This document shows, piece after piece, positions 38,465 to 48,137 of a DNA stretch of 64,000 bases. Source of the DNA: an uncultured candidatus Porisulfidus sp. (GTDB lineage: Bacteria > Pseudomonadota > Gammaproteobacteria > Poriferisulfidales > Poriferisulfidaceae); NCBI GenBank assembly GCA_965204575.1, contig OZ241993.1, forward strand, positions 1,472,001 to 1,536,000. Direction: 5' to 3'. The first letter of the stretch is position 1; each line of letters starts with the position of its first letter. The notes below the pieces were generated by a model. It was not told the DNA's origin. It searched no databases and worked only from the letters and a program-made list of their open reading frames with translations. A program made the position numbers and the translations under genes.

Positions 38465-39481
38465 ATGAACATCGCGGACAAACGCTTCTGGGGCGGGGTG
38501 GTATTTGCCCTGAACCTGCCGGTAGCGAGTGCCGAACTTCTGAATCTGCCCGAAAACGGGGATTCTGTGTTGGGAATCTCCTACAACATCACGACTCACT
38601 ACGGTGAAACGACGCTGATGTTGGCCCAGATGCATCAGATTGGATACCATGAACTGCTGTCGGCCAATCCAAACGTGCATACCTGGATGCCGGGAGAAGG
38701 CATCCGTATGCACATACCCCGGCAATACATTCTACCGGGAAAGGCGCGCACAGGCCTGGTGCTGAACCTCGCGGAACTTCGACTCTACTACTATGACACC
38801 GATCCGGATGGCAAACCCCAGGTCCGGACGTACCCAATCAGCGCAGGGCGGGTCGACTGGGTGACCCCGATCGGGATGACCCGGGTCCTGGATCGCCTGG
38901 AGAACCCGAACTGGTATCCGCCAAAGTCTGTCATCCTCGAGCATGAGGCGAGGGGAGAAGAACTGCCGAAAGTGATTCCACCGGGCGAAGACAACCCGCT
39001 TGGCCGGTATGCCCTGATGCTGGACGCAGATGGCTACTTTATCCATGGCACAAACCGGGAGCAGGGTATCGGAATGAGAGTGACCCACGGCTGCATCCGA
39101 TTGCGATCCAAGGACATCGCCGAGTTGATTCATCGAGTGCCTATCGACGCCCCCGTCGAGATCACGTCGATGCCAATCAAGGCCGGACTGCTAAACGGAA
39201 TCGTCTACGTGGAGGCTCACCCCAAACCACTGGAAGAGTTTCCGATGCCGGAGAAGAATCCTGTATTTGAAGAAACGGATATCCTTCGGCCTATTCTTGC
39301 CCTTGAAGAGCAACTCCCAGCGGGAGATTACGTAATCTATTGGGAGCAGGTGATGGAGGTTGCGCGGCAGCGGCTTGGAATCCCGATCGCAGTCGGCTGG
39401 GACCGATCGGTGCAGGTCGCCGTACCAGAGGGCAGGCCGGAATTGTTGTGGAGCCTGGACAAGCCGGCTGACTCCAGTTAA
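38465..39481 (+). CDS. L,D-transpeptidase (ErfK/YbiS family)
   Basis: LNLAELRLYY, NPNWYPP, NPLGRYA and catalytic HGT..GIGMRVTHGCIRL. Confidence 0.92.
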   Translation: MNIADKRFWGGVVFALNLPVASAELLNLPENGDSVLGISYNITTHYGETTLMLAQMHQIGYHELLSANPNVHTWMPGEGIRMHIPRQYILPGKARTGLVLNLAELRLYYYDTDPDGKPQVRTYPISAGRVDWVTPIGMTRVLDRLENPNWYPPKSVILEHEARGEELPKVIPPGEDNPLGRYALMLDADGYFIHGTNREQGIGMRVTHGCIRLRSKDIAELIHRVPIDAPVEITSMPIKAGLLNGIVYVEAHPKPLEEFPMPEKNPVFEETDILRPILALEEQLPAGDYVIYWEQVMEVARQRLGIPIAVGWDRSVQVAVPEGRPELLWSLDKPADSS

Positions 39482-39514
39482 AGAAAAAGAGCCTGAAAAC
39501 AGACCCTTTTTCTT
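39481..39514. terminator. Putative bidirectional terminator between the L,D-transpeptidase and the lipoprotein
   Basis: AAGAAAAAG...CTG-aaaa-CAG...CTTTTTCTT imperfect inverted repeat between convergent genes. Confidence 0.5.
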
Positions 39515-39535
39515 GATGCAATCAAACGCTGAAGA

Positions 39536-39832
39536 TTACTTCTTCTGCATATCGTGCATCATCGTGTTGAGGCGATGAGAATTCGCATCGCAGCAGGAAA
39601 TTGCCATCCGTGCCAACTCGTCAGCTGTCCTAGCTGACTCATTAGCCTGGAACGCAATGTGATCTGCCGCTTTGGCCATGCGCAATGCTTCATCCGCGGT
39701 CGATTGAGCCGCAGCAACTTGGGAATCCAACGTTGCAAGGTGATCCATGACCGCCTGAGGAACGCCGCATCCAGTGAGGAAAGCACCACTCAAGATGACC
39801 CCTAGGGCCAATGCCTTTGCTTTTTTATCCAT
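39536..39832 (-). CDS. Lpp/OprI-like alanine-zipper outer-membrane lipoprotein
   Basis: Lipobox FLTGC, Ala-rich AQSTADEA..A repeats and C-terminal KK; GGAG RBS; convergent with an L,D-transpeptidase. Confidence 0.8.
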   Translation of the reverse strand: MDKKAKALALGVILSGAFLTGCGVPQAVMDHLATLDSQVAAAQSTADEALRMAKAADHIAFQANESARTADELARMAISCCDANSHRLNTMMHDMQKK

Positions 39833-40003
39833 GTCAACTCCAGAGTTGTGTTGTTTTGTTTTTTTAGTGCACTTTTTGCGGCGCACATTGCTAGTAAAAA
39901 TACAAAGCATTGAGCACCGTCGGGCTGATTGTACAGATTTTAGTGTAATAATTCAACTAGGCGCAGAACTTTCATTCCCATCGAACCTTCCTCGCGACTA
40001 AAC

Positions 40004-40777
40004 ATGCCATGTTTCATCATGAGTGCATTGCGCTGGAAAGAGCCAATAATTCACTCGATTCGTATCTTCCTGCTCGGGGCGGTCGTAGTCTCTTTTTCAG
40101 CTCCGGCACAGGCTTGGAACGTATTTAACGTCCAGTACCTCTATGGATCAAACTACGAGCTTGAACCTGAGCAGGTGGATGTCCTTACTTTAGAGTGGGC
40201 CAATGGCTGGGCCTATGGAGACAATTTCGCGTTTGTCGACATTACGAACTTCGTCCAAGGTGATAACACCGTCTACGGAGAGTGGGCACCGCGGCTGAGC
40301 CTGTCGAAAATTACCGGCAAGGATTTTTCTACAGGACCAATCCAGGATATTTTGCTGTCGGGGACAGTTGAACTCGGCGAAGACATTTCCAACTATTTAA
40401 TCGGGGGAGCCATCGATCTCGCAATTCCAAGTTTCAATTTTTTCCAGGTCAATGGGTATTTAAGGGAAAACTCCGAGTTATCGGGATCCACTTGGCAAGT
40501 CACTCTGGCCTGGAGCGCCAATTTCGAAATTGGCAGGGGGCGATGGAACTTTTCAGGCTTTATCGACTGGGCCGGTTCCGAGGGGAAATCCGGAACACCT
40601 GCCTATTCAAAACGTAATTTTCACGCCCAGCCTCAGTTATTGCTGGATTTGGGCCATTTGCGCGGCCGGCCCGGGTGGCTGTATGCCGGCGTAGAGTGGC
40701 TCTACTGGCATAACAGATTTGGAATCCCTGGGATTACCGAATCGGTTGCCCAGGCAATGGTCAAGGCAAAATTCTAG
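40004..40777 (+). CDS. Tsx/OmpK-like nucleoside-specific outer-membrane channel
   Basis: Signal peptide, TLEWANGWAYGDNFAFVD, YGEWAPRLS, QPQLLLD, YWHNRFG and terminal Phe; start uncertain. Confidence 0.8.
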   Translation: MPCFIMSALRWKEPIIHSIRIFLLGAVVVSFSAPAQAWNVFNVQYLYGSNYELEPEQVDVLTLEWANGWAYGDNFAFVDITNFVQGDNTVYGEWAPRLSLSKITGKDFSTGPIQDILLSGTVELGEDISNYLIGGAIDLAIPSFNFFQVNGYLRENSELSGSTWQVTLAWSANFEIGRGRWNFSGFIDWAGSEGKSGTPAYSKRNFHAQPQLLLDLGHLRGRPGWLYAGVEWLYWHNRFGIPGITESVAQAMVKAKF

Positions 40778-40965
40778 ATTCCTGCTGGTTTCCTCTCGTT
40801 TCCGGCCGAAAAGGAGCCTGGAGACGTTTGCGCCGGGGCGGCAGACCACCCCAATTGCCAAACCCAACACTTCGCATAATGAATATTATGTAAAGTTATA
40901 AGTTTCTCAGGGTATGCCGGATCACCGTTCGGCGGTACGATAAAGACCTGAACCAGCCCCCGACC

Positions 40966-41754
40966 ATGCGCATTTCCCTGCTGTCCGACACACACCATAA
41001 TTTCGGGGATTCCAGCGAATGGCCACATCCATTGCCGGATCACGACGTCTTGGTCCTCGCCGGTGACATCTCGGAATACGTCAACAGCCCTGCAAATCTC
41101 ACCAAGATCCTTGCGCATTACCGCTCGCGAACAGACCGGCCGATCCTTTATTTGCCTGGAAACCACGAGTTCTACCGCCACGACTACCATCGAACACTCG
41201 ATCGGATCCGGCGCGATACCGATCAATTCGGTATCGAATTGCTGAATTGCCGCCGTATCCAATACGGCGATGTCGCTTTCCACGGGTGTACGCTGTGGTC
41301 CGATTTCACGCTGTTCGGGGCCGAACAGGCTGATCTGTACGGACTTTATGCCGAGCACTCCATTACCGATTTTCACGTAATCGGCTTTGAAAACAGGGCC
41401 TTTCGGCGTACTGACTGTGCAGAACTGCACCGTCAGGAGCGTACCTGGCTTGAAAAGTCTCTGGCCTCGTCGGAGGCCCCGTACAACGTGGTCATCACGC
41501 ATTTCGCGCCAGTTGCGCGGTGTATTCCCGAGCGCTACCTGGGTGATCGATTGAATCCTTATTTCGTTGCAGGATGCGAAGATTTGGTGGAGCGATTCGA
41601 GCCCGGTCTCTGGCTATACGGCCATACGCACCAGCCGGACGACTTCGTCTTGGGAAAAACTAGATTTATTAATAATGCTCGTGGTTACCCACTTGAAAAT
41701 TCAGGGATTGATTTTAGACCTGACAAGATAATCGAGGTCGGGCAAAAGGTCTAA
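40966..41754 (+). CDS. Calcineurin-like metallophosphoesterase
   Basis: SDTH, AGDI, PGNHE, THFAP and GHTH. Confidence 0.9.
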   Translation: MRISLLSDTHHNFGDSSEWPHPLPDHDVLVLAGDISEYVNSPANLTKILAHYRSRTDRPILYLPGNHEFYRHDYHRTLDRIRRDTDQFGIELLNCRRIQYGDVAFHGCTLWSDFTLFGAEQADLYGLYAEHSITDFHVIGFENRAFRRTDCAELHRQERTWLEKSLASSEAPYNVVITHFAPVARCIPERYLGDRLNPYFVAGCEDLVERFEPGLWLYGHTHQPDDFVLGKTRFINNARGYPLENSGIDFRPDKIIEVGQKV

Positions 41755-42518
41755 CGGTACTCGTTGCGCAAGCAACCAATTCCCTCAATTTCGACTTCCA
41801 CAGTGCAGCCGCGCGGCATAGGACCAAGTCCTACCGAGGTCCCACAGCAGATTACATCTCCCGGGCATAGGGTCATATTTTCGGACAGCCGCGAAACCGT
41901 CTCCGCTGGCGACATCATCATGTCTGAAGCCGGATAACGCTGTTTTTCCTCGCCATCGACCCGCGTCACGATCTCCAGACTCCGGTAATCCAGCCCGGTC
42001 GCAACGACCGGCCCGAATACCCCGAACGTGTCGAACCCCTTCGACCGTGTCCATTGGTCAAATCCCTCGTATTCCTTCAATAAACTGAATGCAGTCACGT
42101 CATTGATGCAGGTATAGCCGAAAATGGCTTGCTCTGCCTCATCCAAAGAAGATTCTTTTACGGCTTGCCCGATGACAATCCCGAGTTCGCCCTCGTAGAA
42201 CACGTCTTCCGTGACCGAAGCCGGATGTCTGATTACTTCGCCAGTTGCCAAGAATGAGGAATTGGCCTTGAACAGATACAACGGAGTCTCCGGATATTGC
42301 AGCCCCTTCTCGTCAGCCAAGGCCTGGTAATTGTTCCAAAGCGCCGGCATCTTGCTCGGCACGGTCGGCGTCAGCACGCGAACCTCGTCCAGCGCAACGG
42401 TTTCGTCGGTCTGAACGGGTGCTGAAAACATATCGCCTTCGCAGACCAGGATGGTGGACCCCTTCAACTGGCCGAAATGCACTCGACCGTCGTGCTCGAA
42501 ACGAATCCAGTACGTCAT
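41751..42518 (-). CDS. Fumarylacetoacetate-hydrolase family protein
   Basis: YEGELGIVIG, GYTCINDVT, KGFDTFG and LCPGDVICCGT. Confidence 0.9.
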   Translation of the reverse strand: MTYWIRFEHDGRVHFGQLKGSTILVCEGDMFSAPVQTDETVALDEVRVLTPTVPSKMPALWNNYQALADEKGLQYPETPLYLFKANSSFLATGEVIRHPASVTEDVFYEGELGIVIGQAVKESSLDEAEQAIFGYTCINDVTAFSLLKEYEGFDQWTRSKGFDTFGVFGPVVATGLDYRSLEIVTRVDGEEKQRYPASDMMMSPAETVSRLSENMTLCPGDVICCGTSVGLGPMPRGCTVEVEIEGIGCLRNEYR

Positions 42519-43498
42519 GCGTATGCCACCCGGCAGGCGGTCTCCCTCAAAGCCTGGAGAGCCGATTCGGAGGAATCCGGGGAGGCAGCAGCCTGTCTCC
42601 AGTTCTTGGCGCCTGGGCGTCCGTGGAACAAGCCCGTGATGTGGCGCGTCATGCGGGCCAGCGGCACCCCTGCTCTGCGTTGTTCCTCCAGGTATGGCAG
42701 ATAGGCGTCAAACGCCTCCAATGGAGTCTTTGGTGCCATTGAGTCTGGAAACAAGACTTGTTCGATCTCCCGGATGGCCCAATGATCCTCGCACGCGAGC
42801 CTCCCGACCATGACACCGTCGACCTGAGCCAGGTGCTGCTGCACTTCCTCGGCCGAGCGAATACCGCCGTTGATCACGATGGTCAGGTGCGGGAATTCAC
42901 GCTTGAGTGCCCACACACGGTCGTAGTTCAAGGGTGGAATCGTGCGGTTTTGCTTCGGGCTCAGCCCGGACAGCATGGCGGTCCGTGCATGCACATAAAA
43001 CGTCTGGCAACCGGCATCCGCAACAATCTGCACGAATTCCGCCAAGGCCTCCTCCGTATCCTGCCCATCCACGCCAATACGGCATTTCACCGTAACCGGG
43101 GTCTGGACTTTCGCTTGCATTGCAGCCACGCAGTCTGCAACCCTGAGAGGCTCTTTCATCAAACAAGCCCCGAAGCGCCCCGCCGAAACGCGGCTGCTTG
43201 GGCAGCCGACATTCAGGTTTACTTCGTTATAGCCGTAGTCTTGGGCGATCGCGGTACAGCGGGCCAAGCCTTCCGGATCACTGCCGCCGAGCTGGAGCGC
43301 GACCGGCTGTTCGGCCGGGTCGAATCCAAGCAGAGATTCGGTGTCTCCATGTAAAACCGCTCCCGTTGTCACCATTTCGGTGAACAACCATGCATGCGGC
43401 GACAAAACTCTCAGAAAATACCGGAAATGACGGTCCGTATGGTCCATCATCGGAGCAATGCAGAAAATTCGTTTAGGCATAAGATCCTCGGCGCTCAT
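42515..43498 (-). CDS. dusA: tRNA-dihydrouridine(20/20a) synthase
   Basis: IAPMMD.TDRHFR, ALQLGGSDP, NLNVGCPS, TVKCRIG and HAR..LSPKQNR. Confidence 0.93.
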   Translation of the reverse strand: MSAEDLMPKRIFCIAPMMDHTDRHFRYFLRVLSPHAWLFTEMVTTGAVLHGDTESLLGFDPAEQPVALQLGGSDPEGLARCTAIAQDYGYNEVNLNVGCPSSRVSAGRFGACLMKEPLRVADCVAAMQAKVQTPVTVKCRIGVDGQDTEEALAEFVQIVADAGCQTFYVHARTAMLSGLSPKQNRTIPPLNYDRVWALKREFPHLTIVINGGIRSAEEVQQHLAQVDGVMVGRLACEDHWAIREIEQVLFPDSMAPKTPLEAFDAYLPYLEEQRRAGVPLARMTRHITGLFHGRPGAKNWRQAAASPDSSESALQALRETACRVAYA

Positions 43499-43565
43499 TG
43501 TAAATCAATGAGATAAGCCGATAACATGCTTTAGGGGCAATTTTTGACGCTATAGTAGTGGCGCA

Positions 43566-44498
43566 ATGACTCTGTCTCCGGCTCCCGCGCTCCAAATCCA
43601 AGGGCTCAAGAAAACCTACGCCAACGGCGTGGAGGCACTGCATGGCATCGATCTGGAAGTCCAGCGCGGAGACTTCTTCGCGCTCCTCGGGCCCAATGGA
43701 GCCGGAAAATCTACCGCCATCGGCATCATTTCCTCCCTGGTGACGTTTTCAGAGGGTTCAGTTACCATTTTCGGGCACGACATCATTCGCGACTATGCAG
43801 CTGCCCGCGCCTGCCTCGGCCTGGTGCCACAGGAATTCAACTTCAACCAATTCGACCCGGTCTGCGAGACCCTCATGCACCAGGCCGGGTACTACGGCAT
43901 TCCTCGCCAAGATGCCGAGAGGCGTACGCAAAGGCTTCTGGAGCAATTCGACCTGTGGGATAAGCGCTCGGTCATGGCCCGCGAATTGTCGGGAGGCATG
44001 AAACGCCGGTTGATGATCGCGCGAGCCATGATCCATGAACCCCAGCTCTTGATCCTCGATGAACCGACCGCAGGAGTCGACCTGGAAATCCGCCACAACC
44101 TCTGGCATTACCTGAAGGAAATTAATTCCCAAGGCACGACCATCATCCTGACCACCCACTACCTTGAAGAGGCGGAGCAGTTGTGCCGAACCATCGCGAT
44201 AATCTCAAACGGCCGGATTCGTGCCGACACCACGATGCGGGAGCTGCTGGATCAGCTGGATTCGGAGCACTTCGTTCTATACCTGAAGACCCCCCTGCCC
44301 CACTGTCCACAGATTGACGGCTATGTCCTGTATTGCCCGGACCCACGGACGCTTGAAGCCACGATCAGCAAGGGAGCCGGCCTGAACCGCTTGTTCAGCG
44401 AACTCAGTGCTCAAGGCATCGACATTCTCAGCATGAAGAACAAGACCAACCGATTGGAAAAACTTTTTCTGCAACTGGTCGGGCATCATTTTGATTGA
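43566..44498 (+). CDS. yadG: ABC transporter ATP-binding protein (YadG-like)
   Basis: GPNGAGKST, VPQEFNF, LSGGMKRR, LDEPT and TTHYLEEAE. Confidence 0.88.
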   Translation: MTLSPAPALQIQGLKKTYANGVEALHGIDLEVQRGDFFALLGPNGAGKSTAIGIISSLVTFSEGSVTIFGHDIIRDYAAARACLGLVPQEFNFNQFDPVCETLMHQAGYYGIPRQDAERRTQRLLEQFDLWDKRSVMARELSGGMKRRLMIARAMIHEPQLLILDEPTAGVDLEIRHNLWHYLKEINSQGTTIILTTHYLEEAEQLCRTIAIISNGRIRADTTMRELLDQLDSEHFVLYLKTPLPHCPQIDGYVLYCPDPRTLEATISKGAGLNRLFSELSAQGIDILSMKNKTNRLEKLFLQLVGHHFD

Positions 44499-44504
44499 AG
44501 CATC

Positions 44505-45278
44505 ATGCCATTGAAGCAACAACTTATCGCTCTTCAGAGCATGCTGATTCGGGAATATCTGCGTTTCATGCGCATCTGGATCCAAACGGTTTTGCCGCCA
44601 GCCATCACGACCGTCCTGTACTTCATCATCTTCGGGGAATTGATCGGCTCACAGCTGGCCGACATCGGCGGCTACCGCTACATGGACTACATCGCTCCCG
44701 GTCTCATCTTGATGTCCGTCATCACCAATGCTTACGCCAATGTTGTTTCTTCGTTCTACAGCTCAAAATTCCAGCGGCACATCGAAGAATTACTCGTCTC
44801 CCCGGTACCAAACTTCATCATCCTGACCGGCTTCGTCGGCGGCGGCATCATGCGTGGGCTGGCGGTCGGGCTGGTGGTCACGGCAGTCACCGTCTTTTTT
44901 GCCGAAATTCCGCTCTTCCACCTTGCCTTGATAGTGGGAGTCGCCGTCCTGACCTGTATCCTGTTCTCCCTCGCCGGGCTCATCAACGGCATCTATGCGA
45001 AAAGTTTTGACGACATCTCGATCATCCCGACCTTTGTGCTGACTCCCCTGACCTACCTGGGGGGTATTTTTTACTCCCTTGACATGCTCTCGCCCTTCTG
45101 GCAACAGGTGTCCCTGTTCAACCCGATTCTGCACATGATCGGCCTGTTCCGCTATGGCTGGATGGGAATACAGGAAGTAGACCCCGTCAATTCACTGCTT
45201 TTGATTGTCGCCGTTATTGCCATACTGACGTACACCTGCCTGCAGTTGCTCAAACGGGGCGTCGGCATTCGTCCCTGA
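44505..45278 (+). CDS. yadH: ABC-2 transporter permease (YadH-like)
   Basis: RIWIQTVLPP, PGLILMSVITNAYANV and PLTYLGGIFYS. Confidence 0.88.
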   Translation: MPLKQQLIALQSMLIREYLRFMRIWIQTVLPPAITTVLYFIIFGELIGSQLADIGGYRYMDYIAPGLILMSVITNAYANVVSSFYSSKFQRHIEELLVSPVPNFIILTGFVGGGIMRGLAVGLVVTAVTVFFAEIPLFHLALIVGVAVLTCILFSLAGLINGIYAKSFDDISIIPTFVLTPLTYLGGIFYSLDMLSPFWQQVSLFNPILHMIGLFRYGWMGIQEVDPVNSLLLIVAVIAILTYTCLQLLKRGVGIRP

Positions 45279-45345
45279 ACCTCTGCCCCCAATACGTCTC
45301 GGCGCCGGGCCTCACGGCCCAACGTGCTGGCAGTCATTGGAAAAC

Positions 45346-45421
45346 TGGCGTCCCCAAGGGGATTCGAACCCCTGTTGCCGCCGTGAAAGGGCGGTGTCCT
45401 AGGCCTCTAGACGATGGGGAC
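45346..45421 (-). tRNA. tRNA-Glu (anticodon TTC)
   Basis: GTCCCCATCGTCTAGAGGCCTAGGACACCGCCCTTTCACGGCGGCAACAGGGGTTCGAATCCCCTTGGGGACGCCA; 76 nt, CCA end, downstream of gltX. Confidence 0.97.
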
Positions 45422-45468
45422 TATTGGATTGGGTGCGCACTCTAGTAAAAAGAGCCTGATTCGTCAAA

Positions 45469-46869
45469 TTATGCGCCTTCAATCGCTGACCGCAAACGCT
45501 GCAATGCTCGTTCCCGGCCAAGCAAAACCAAGGTGTCCTCAATGGAAGGAGAAACTGTCCCCCCGGTCACGGCGACGCGCAGCGGCTGCGCGACTTTCCC
45601 AGGTTTGACCTGGCGGCGCTCACAGGCCGCATCAACCAAGCCCTTCAGGGATTCGACCTTCCAGTCAACTTGCTCCATCTCGTCCACCAACTCTTGCAGG
45701 ATCGCACGGGACTCAGGAGTGAGGAATTTTTCTCGTGCCGACTCATCCGTTCCCGGATCTTCCAGCAGCAACCAGCGACTCTGTGTAACCATGTCTGCCG
45801 CGTTGCGGCAACGTTTCCGCTGAACGTCAATCAGCGCAGTCCGATCCGGTGGGCTCAATGCATCAGGATCCAAATCTTGCCGGGCACAATGCCAATCGAA
45901 TTCCGCGTTGACCTCGCCTTCGGACACGCGGCTCATTTGCTGCTGGTTGACCCAAGCCATCTTCTTGGGATCGATTCGGCTCGCGGCCGGATTCAATCCG
46001 GAAAGGTCGAATTGCTGAACCAACTCTTCGATCGAAAACAGCTCGTCATCCCCATGAGCCCAGCCCAAGCGCGCCAGGATGTTCACCAAGGCCGTGGGCA
46101 AATATCCTTGCTCGCGGTATTGCGCCATATCAGCAGAATCCTTCCGCTTGGACATTTTGCGCCCGCTTTCGTCGAGAATCATCGGCAGGTGTGTGTAGCT
46201 GGGGGCATCCACACCCAGTGCAGAAAAAATATTGACTTGACGTGGCGTGTTGTTGAGATGGTCATCGCCCCGGATGATGTGCGTAACACCCGCATCCATG
46301 TCGTCCACCACGACGGCCAAATGGTAGGTCGCGCTCCCATCCGCACGGGCAATCACCAGGTCATCCAGTTCAGAATTGGAAAAACGCACCTCCCCTTTCA
46401 GGCTGTCCTGAACAACCACGTCGCCTTCAAGCGGGGTTTTGAACCGGACGACTGATTGCGCCGATGGGGGGTTGTTCCGGTCGCGGCAATGGCGGTCGTA
46501 GCGCGGTTTGAGTTTTGCCGCCATCTGCTCTTTGCGCAGCTGTTCCAAGCGCTCCGGAGAACAATCGCAGTAATAGGCATCTCCCTGGTCGAGCAATTTC
46601 TGGATGATCTCTTGGTAGCGCGACGATCTTTGCGATTGATAAACCACTTCACCGTCCCAATCCATCCCCACCCAGCGCAGCATGGACATGATTTGCTGGC
46701 AGTGTTCCTCTTTGGAACGTTCCCGGTCGGTATCCTCGACCCGAAGGATGAACTCCCCACCGCAATGGCGGGCATAAAGCCAGTTGTACAAGGCGGTGCG
46801 GGCGCCTCCCAAATGCAAGGCGCCTGTCGGACTTGGCGCGAACCGGGTTCGAACGATGGGGTCGGACAT
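45469..46869 (-). CDS. gltX: Glutamate--tRNA ligase
   Basis: TRFAPSPTG.LHLG, LRVEDTD, IIRGDDH and KMSKR. Confidence 0.96.
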   Translation of the reverse strand: MSDPIVRTRFAPSPTGALHLGGARTALYNWLYARHCGGEFILRVEDTDRERSKEEHCQQIMSMLRWVGMDWDGEVVYQSQRSSRYQEIIQKLLDQGDAYYCDCSPERLEQLRKEQMAAKLKPRYDRHCRDRNNPPSAQSVVRFKTPLEGDVVVQDSLKGEVRFSNSELDDLVIARADGSATYHLAVVVDDMDAGVTHIIRGDDHLNNTPRQVNIFSALGVDAPSYTHLPMILDESGRKMSKRKDSADMAQYREQGYLPTALVNILARLGWAHGDDELFSIEELVQQFDLSGLNPAASRIDPKKMAWVNQQQMSRVSEGEVNAEFDWHCARQDLDPDALSPPDRTALIDVQRKRCRNAADMVTQSRWLLLEDPGTDESAREKFLTPESRAILQELVDEMEQVDWKVESLKGLVDAACERRQVKPGKVAQPLRVAVTGGTVSPSIEDTLVLLGRERALQRLRSAIEGA

Positions 46870-47000
46870 TTCAGGTGGACAGCAAACGCCGGGAGAATGC
46901 TATCTTACAGTTTGCTCTCCGATGCCGCGTTGCTTGGGCATCGGCTTGGCAGCCGCATCTATGTAGAATATAAATTCGTTTTGCGGCCGCATATGTCTCT

Positions 47001-48095
47001 ATGTTTATTGACGCGTACGAAGCACAAATTGCCCGAAGGCAATTCACGGCCGATCCAGTGCAACACCAAGCCGCTCAACAATTCCAACTCATCTTCGACC
47101 ACCTGACTCGGCATTCGCGTGCCAAGGCGCTAATCCGCGACCGGCTGCGTCGCCTGAAATCCGACTCGCCTGCGCAAACATCCGGCCTGTGGCTGTGGGG
47201 CTCCGTCGGAAGCGGCAAGACTTACCTAATGGACTTGTTCTACAACTCCCTCCCCCTGCGCAAGAAGCGCCGCATGCACTTCCATCGCTTCACACGGCAC
47301 ATCCACCACAAGCTCAAGCACATGCAGGACCGACGCAATCCCATTGATCTCCTTGCCGCCCGCATGGCAAAAAAGTACAAAGTCCTCTGCATCGATGAAT
47401 TTTTCGTCTCGGACATCACGGATGCCATGATTCTGGGGGGATTGCTGGAGGGCCTGTTCCGGCACCGGGTCACTGTGGTGGCGACCTCCAATTGCGCCCC
47501 GGACAGCCTCTACGAGGGCGGCCTGCAACGGGAGCGGTTCCTGCCTGCAATCGAACTGATCAAGAAGCACATGACGGTTTTTGAACTGGCGACATCCTGC
47601 GACTATCGCCTGCAGCACCTGGATCAGACCGAAACCTACTGCCTCAGCGGCAACGGGACCACCGAGCCCGTCCTGCGGAATCACTTCCAGCACTTGGCGT
47701 CAGATCTGGACCGAAAAGAAACCACCATTGAAGTCGAAGGCCGCACCATTCCGGTCAAGCGTCTGTCGCACGACGCGATCTGGTTTGATTTCGATTGCCT
47801 GTGCCAGTCTCCTCGCTGCGTCAACGACTACATCGCGATTGCACGTTGCTTCCACACCGTGCTGATCTCGGGAGTCCCGGTTTTCGATTCGTCAAAGGAC
47901 GACAGTGCACGGCGCTTCATCGAAATGATCGACGAGTTCTACGACCGCAACGTGACGTTGATCGTCTCCGCGGCGGACGAGCCGGACCAGTTGTACCAGG
48001 GCAAGCGCCTGAAACGGGAATTCGAGCGAACCGCGAGCCGCCTGCACGAGATGCGGAGCAAGGCATACCTGGGACGGTCACACCGTCTTCATTGA
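47001..48095 (+). CDS. zapE: AFG1-family ATPase ZapE
   Basis: WGSVGSGKTYLMD, HFHRF, DEFFVSDITDAM, GGLQRERF and FERTASRL.EM. Confidence 0.92.
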   Translation: MFIDAYEAQIARRQFTADPVQHQAAQQFQLIFDHLTRHSRAKALIRDRLRRLKSDSPAQTSGLWLWGSVGSGKTYLMDLFYNSLPLRKKRRMHFHRFTRHIHHKLKHMQDRRNPIDLLAARMAKKYKVLCIDEFFVSDITDAMILGGLLEGLFRHRVTVVATSNCAPDSLYEGGLQRERFLPAIELIKKHMTVFELATSCDYRLQHLDQTETYCLSGNGTTEPVLRNHFQHLASDLDRKETTIEVEGRTIPVKRLSHDAIWFDFDCLCQSPRCVNDYIAIARCFHTVLISGVPVFDSSKDDSARRFIEMIDEFYDRNVTLIVSAADEPDQLYQGKRLKREFERTASRLHEMRSKAYLGRSHRLH

Positions 48096-48137
48096 TCTCT
48101 TGCTAATATCACTCTATTCCCTCAGAAGAGTTCAATC

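Noticed and set aside
40871-40900. Fur or ArgR box upstream of the metallophosphoesterase
   Set aside because: The 6-4-6 spacing fits neither consensus; kept only as an unassigned palindrome
45279-45421. tRNA-Glu (and tRNA-Ala at 63590-63665) as integration sites
   Set aside because: No integrase and no duplicated tRNA 3' end noticed; the flanking genes are core
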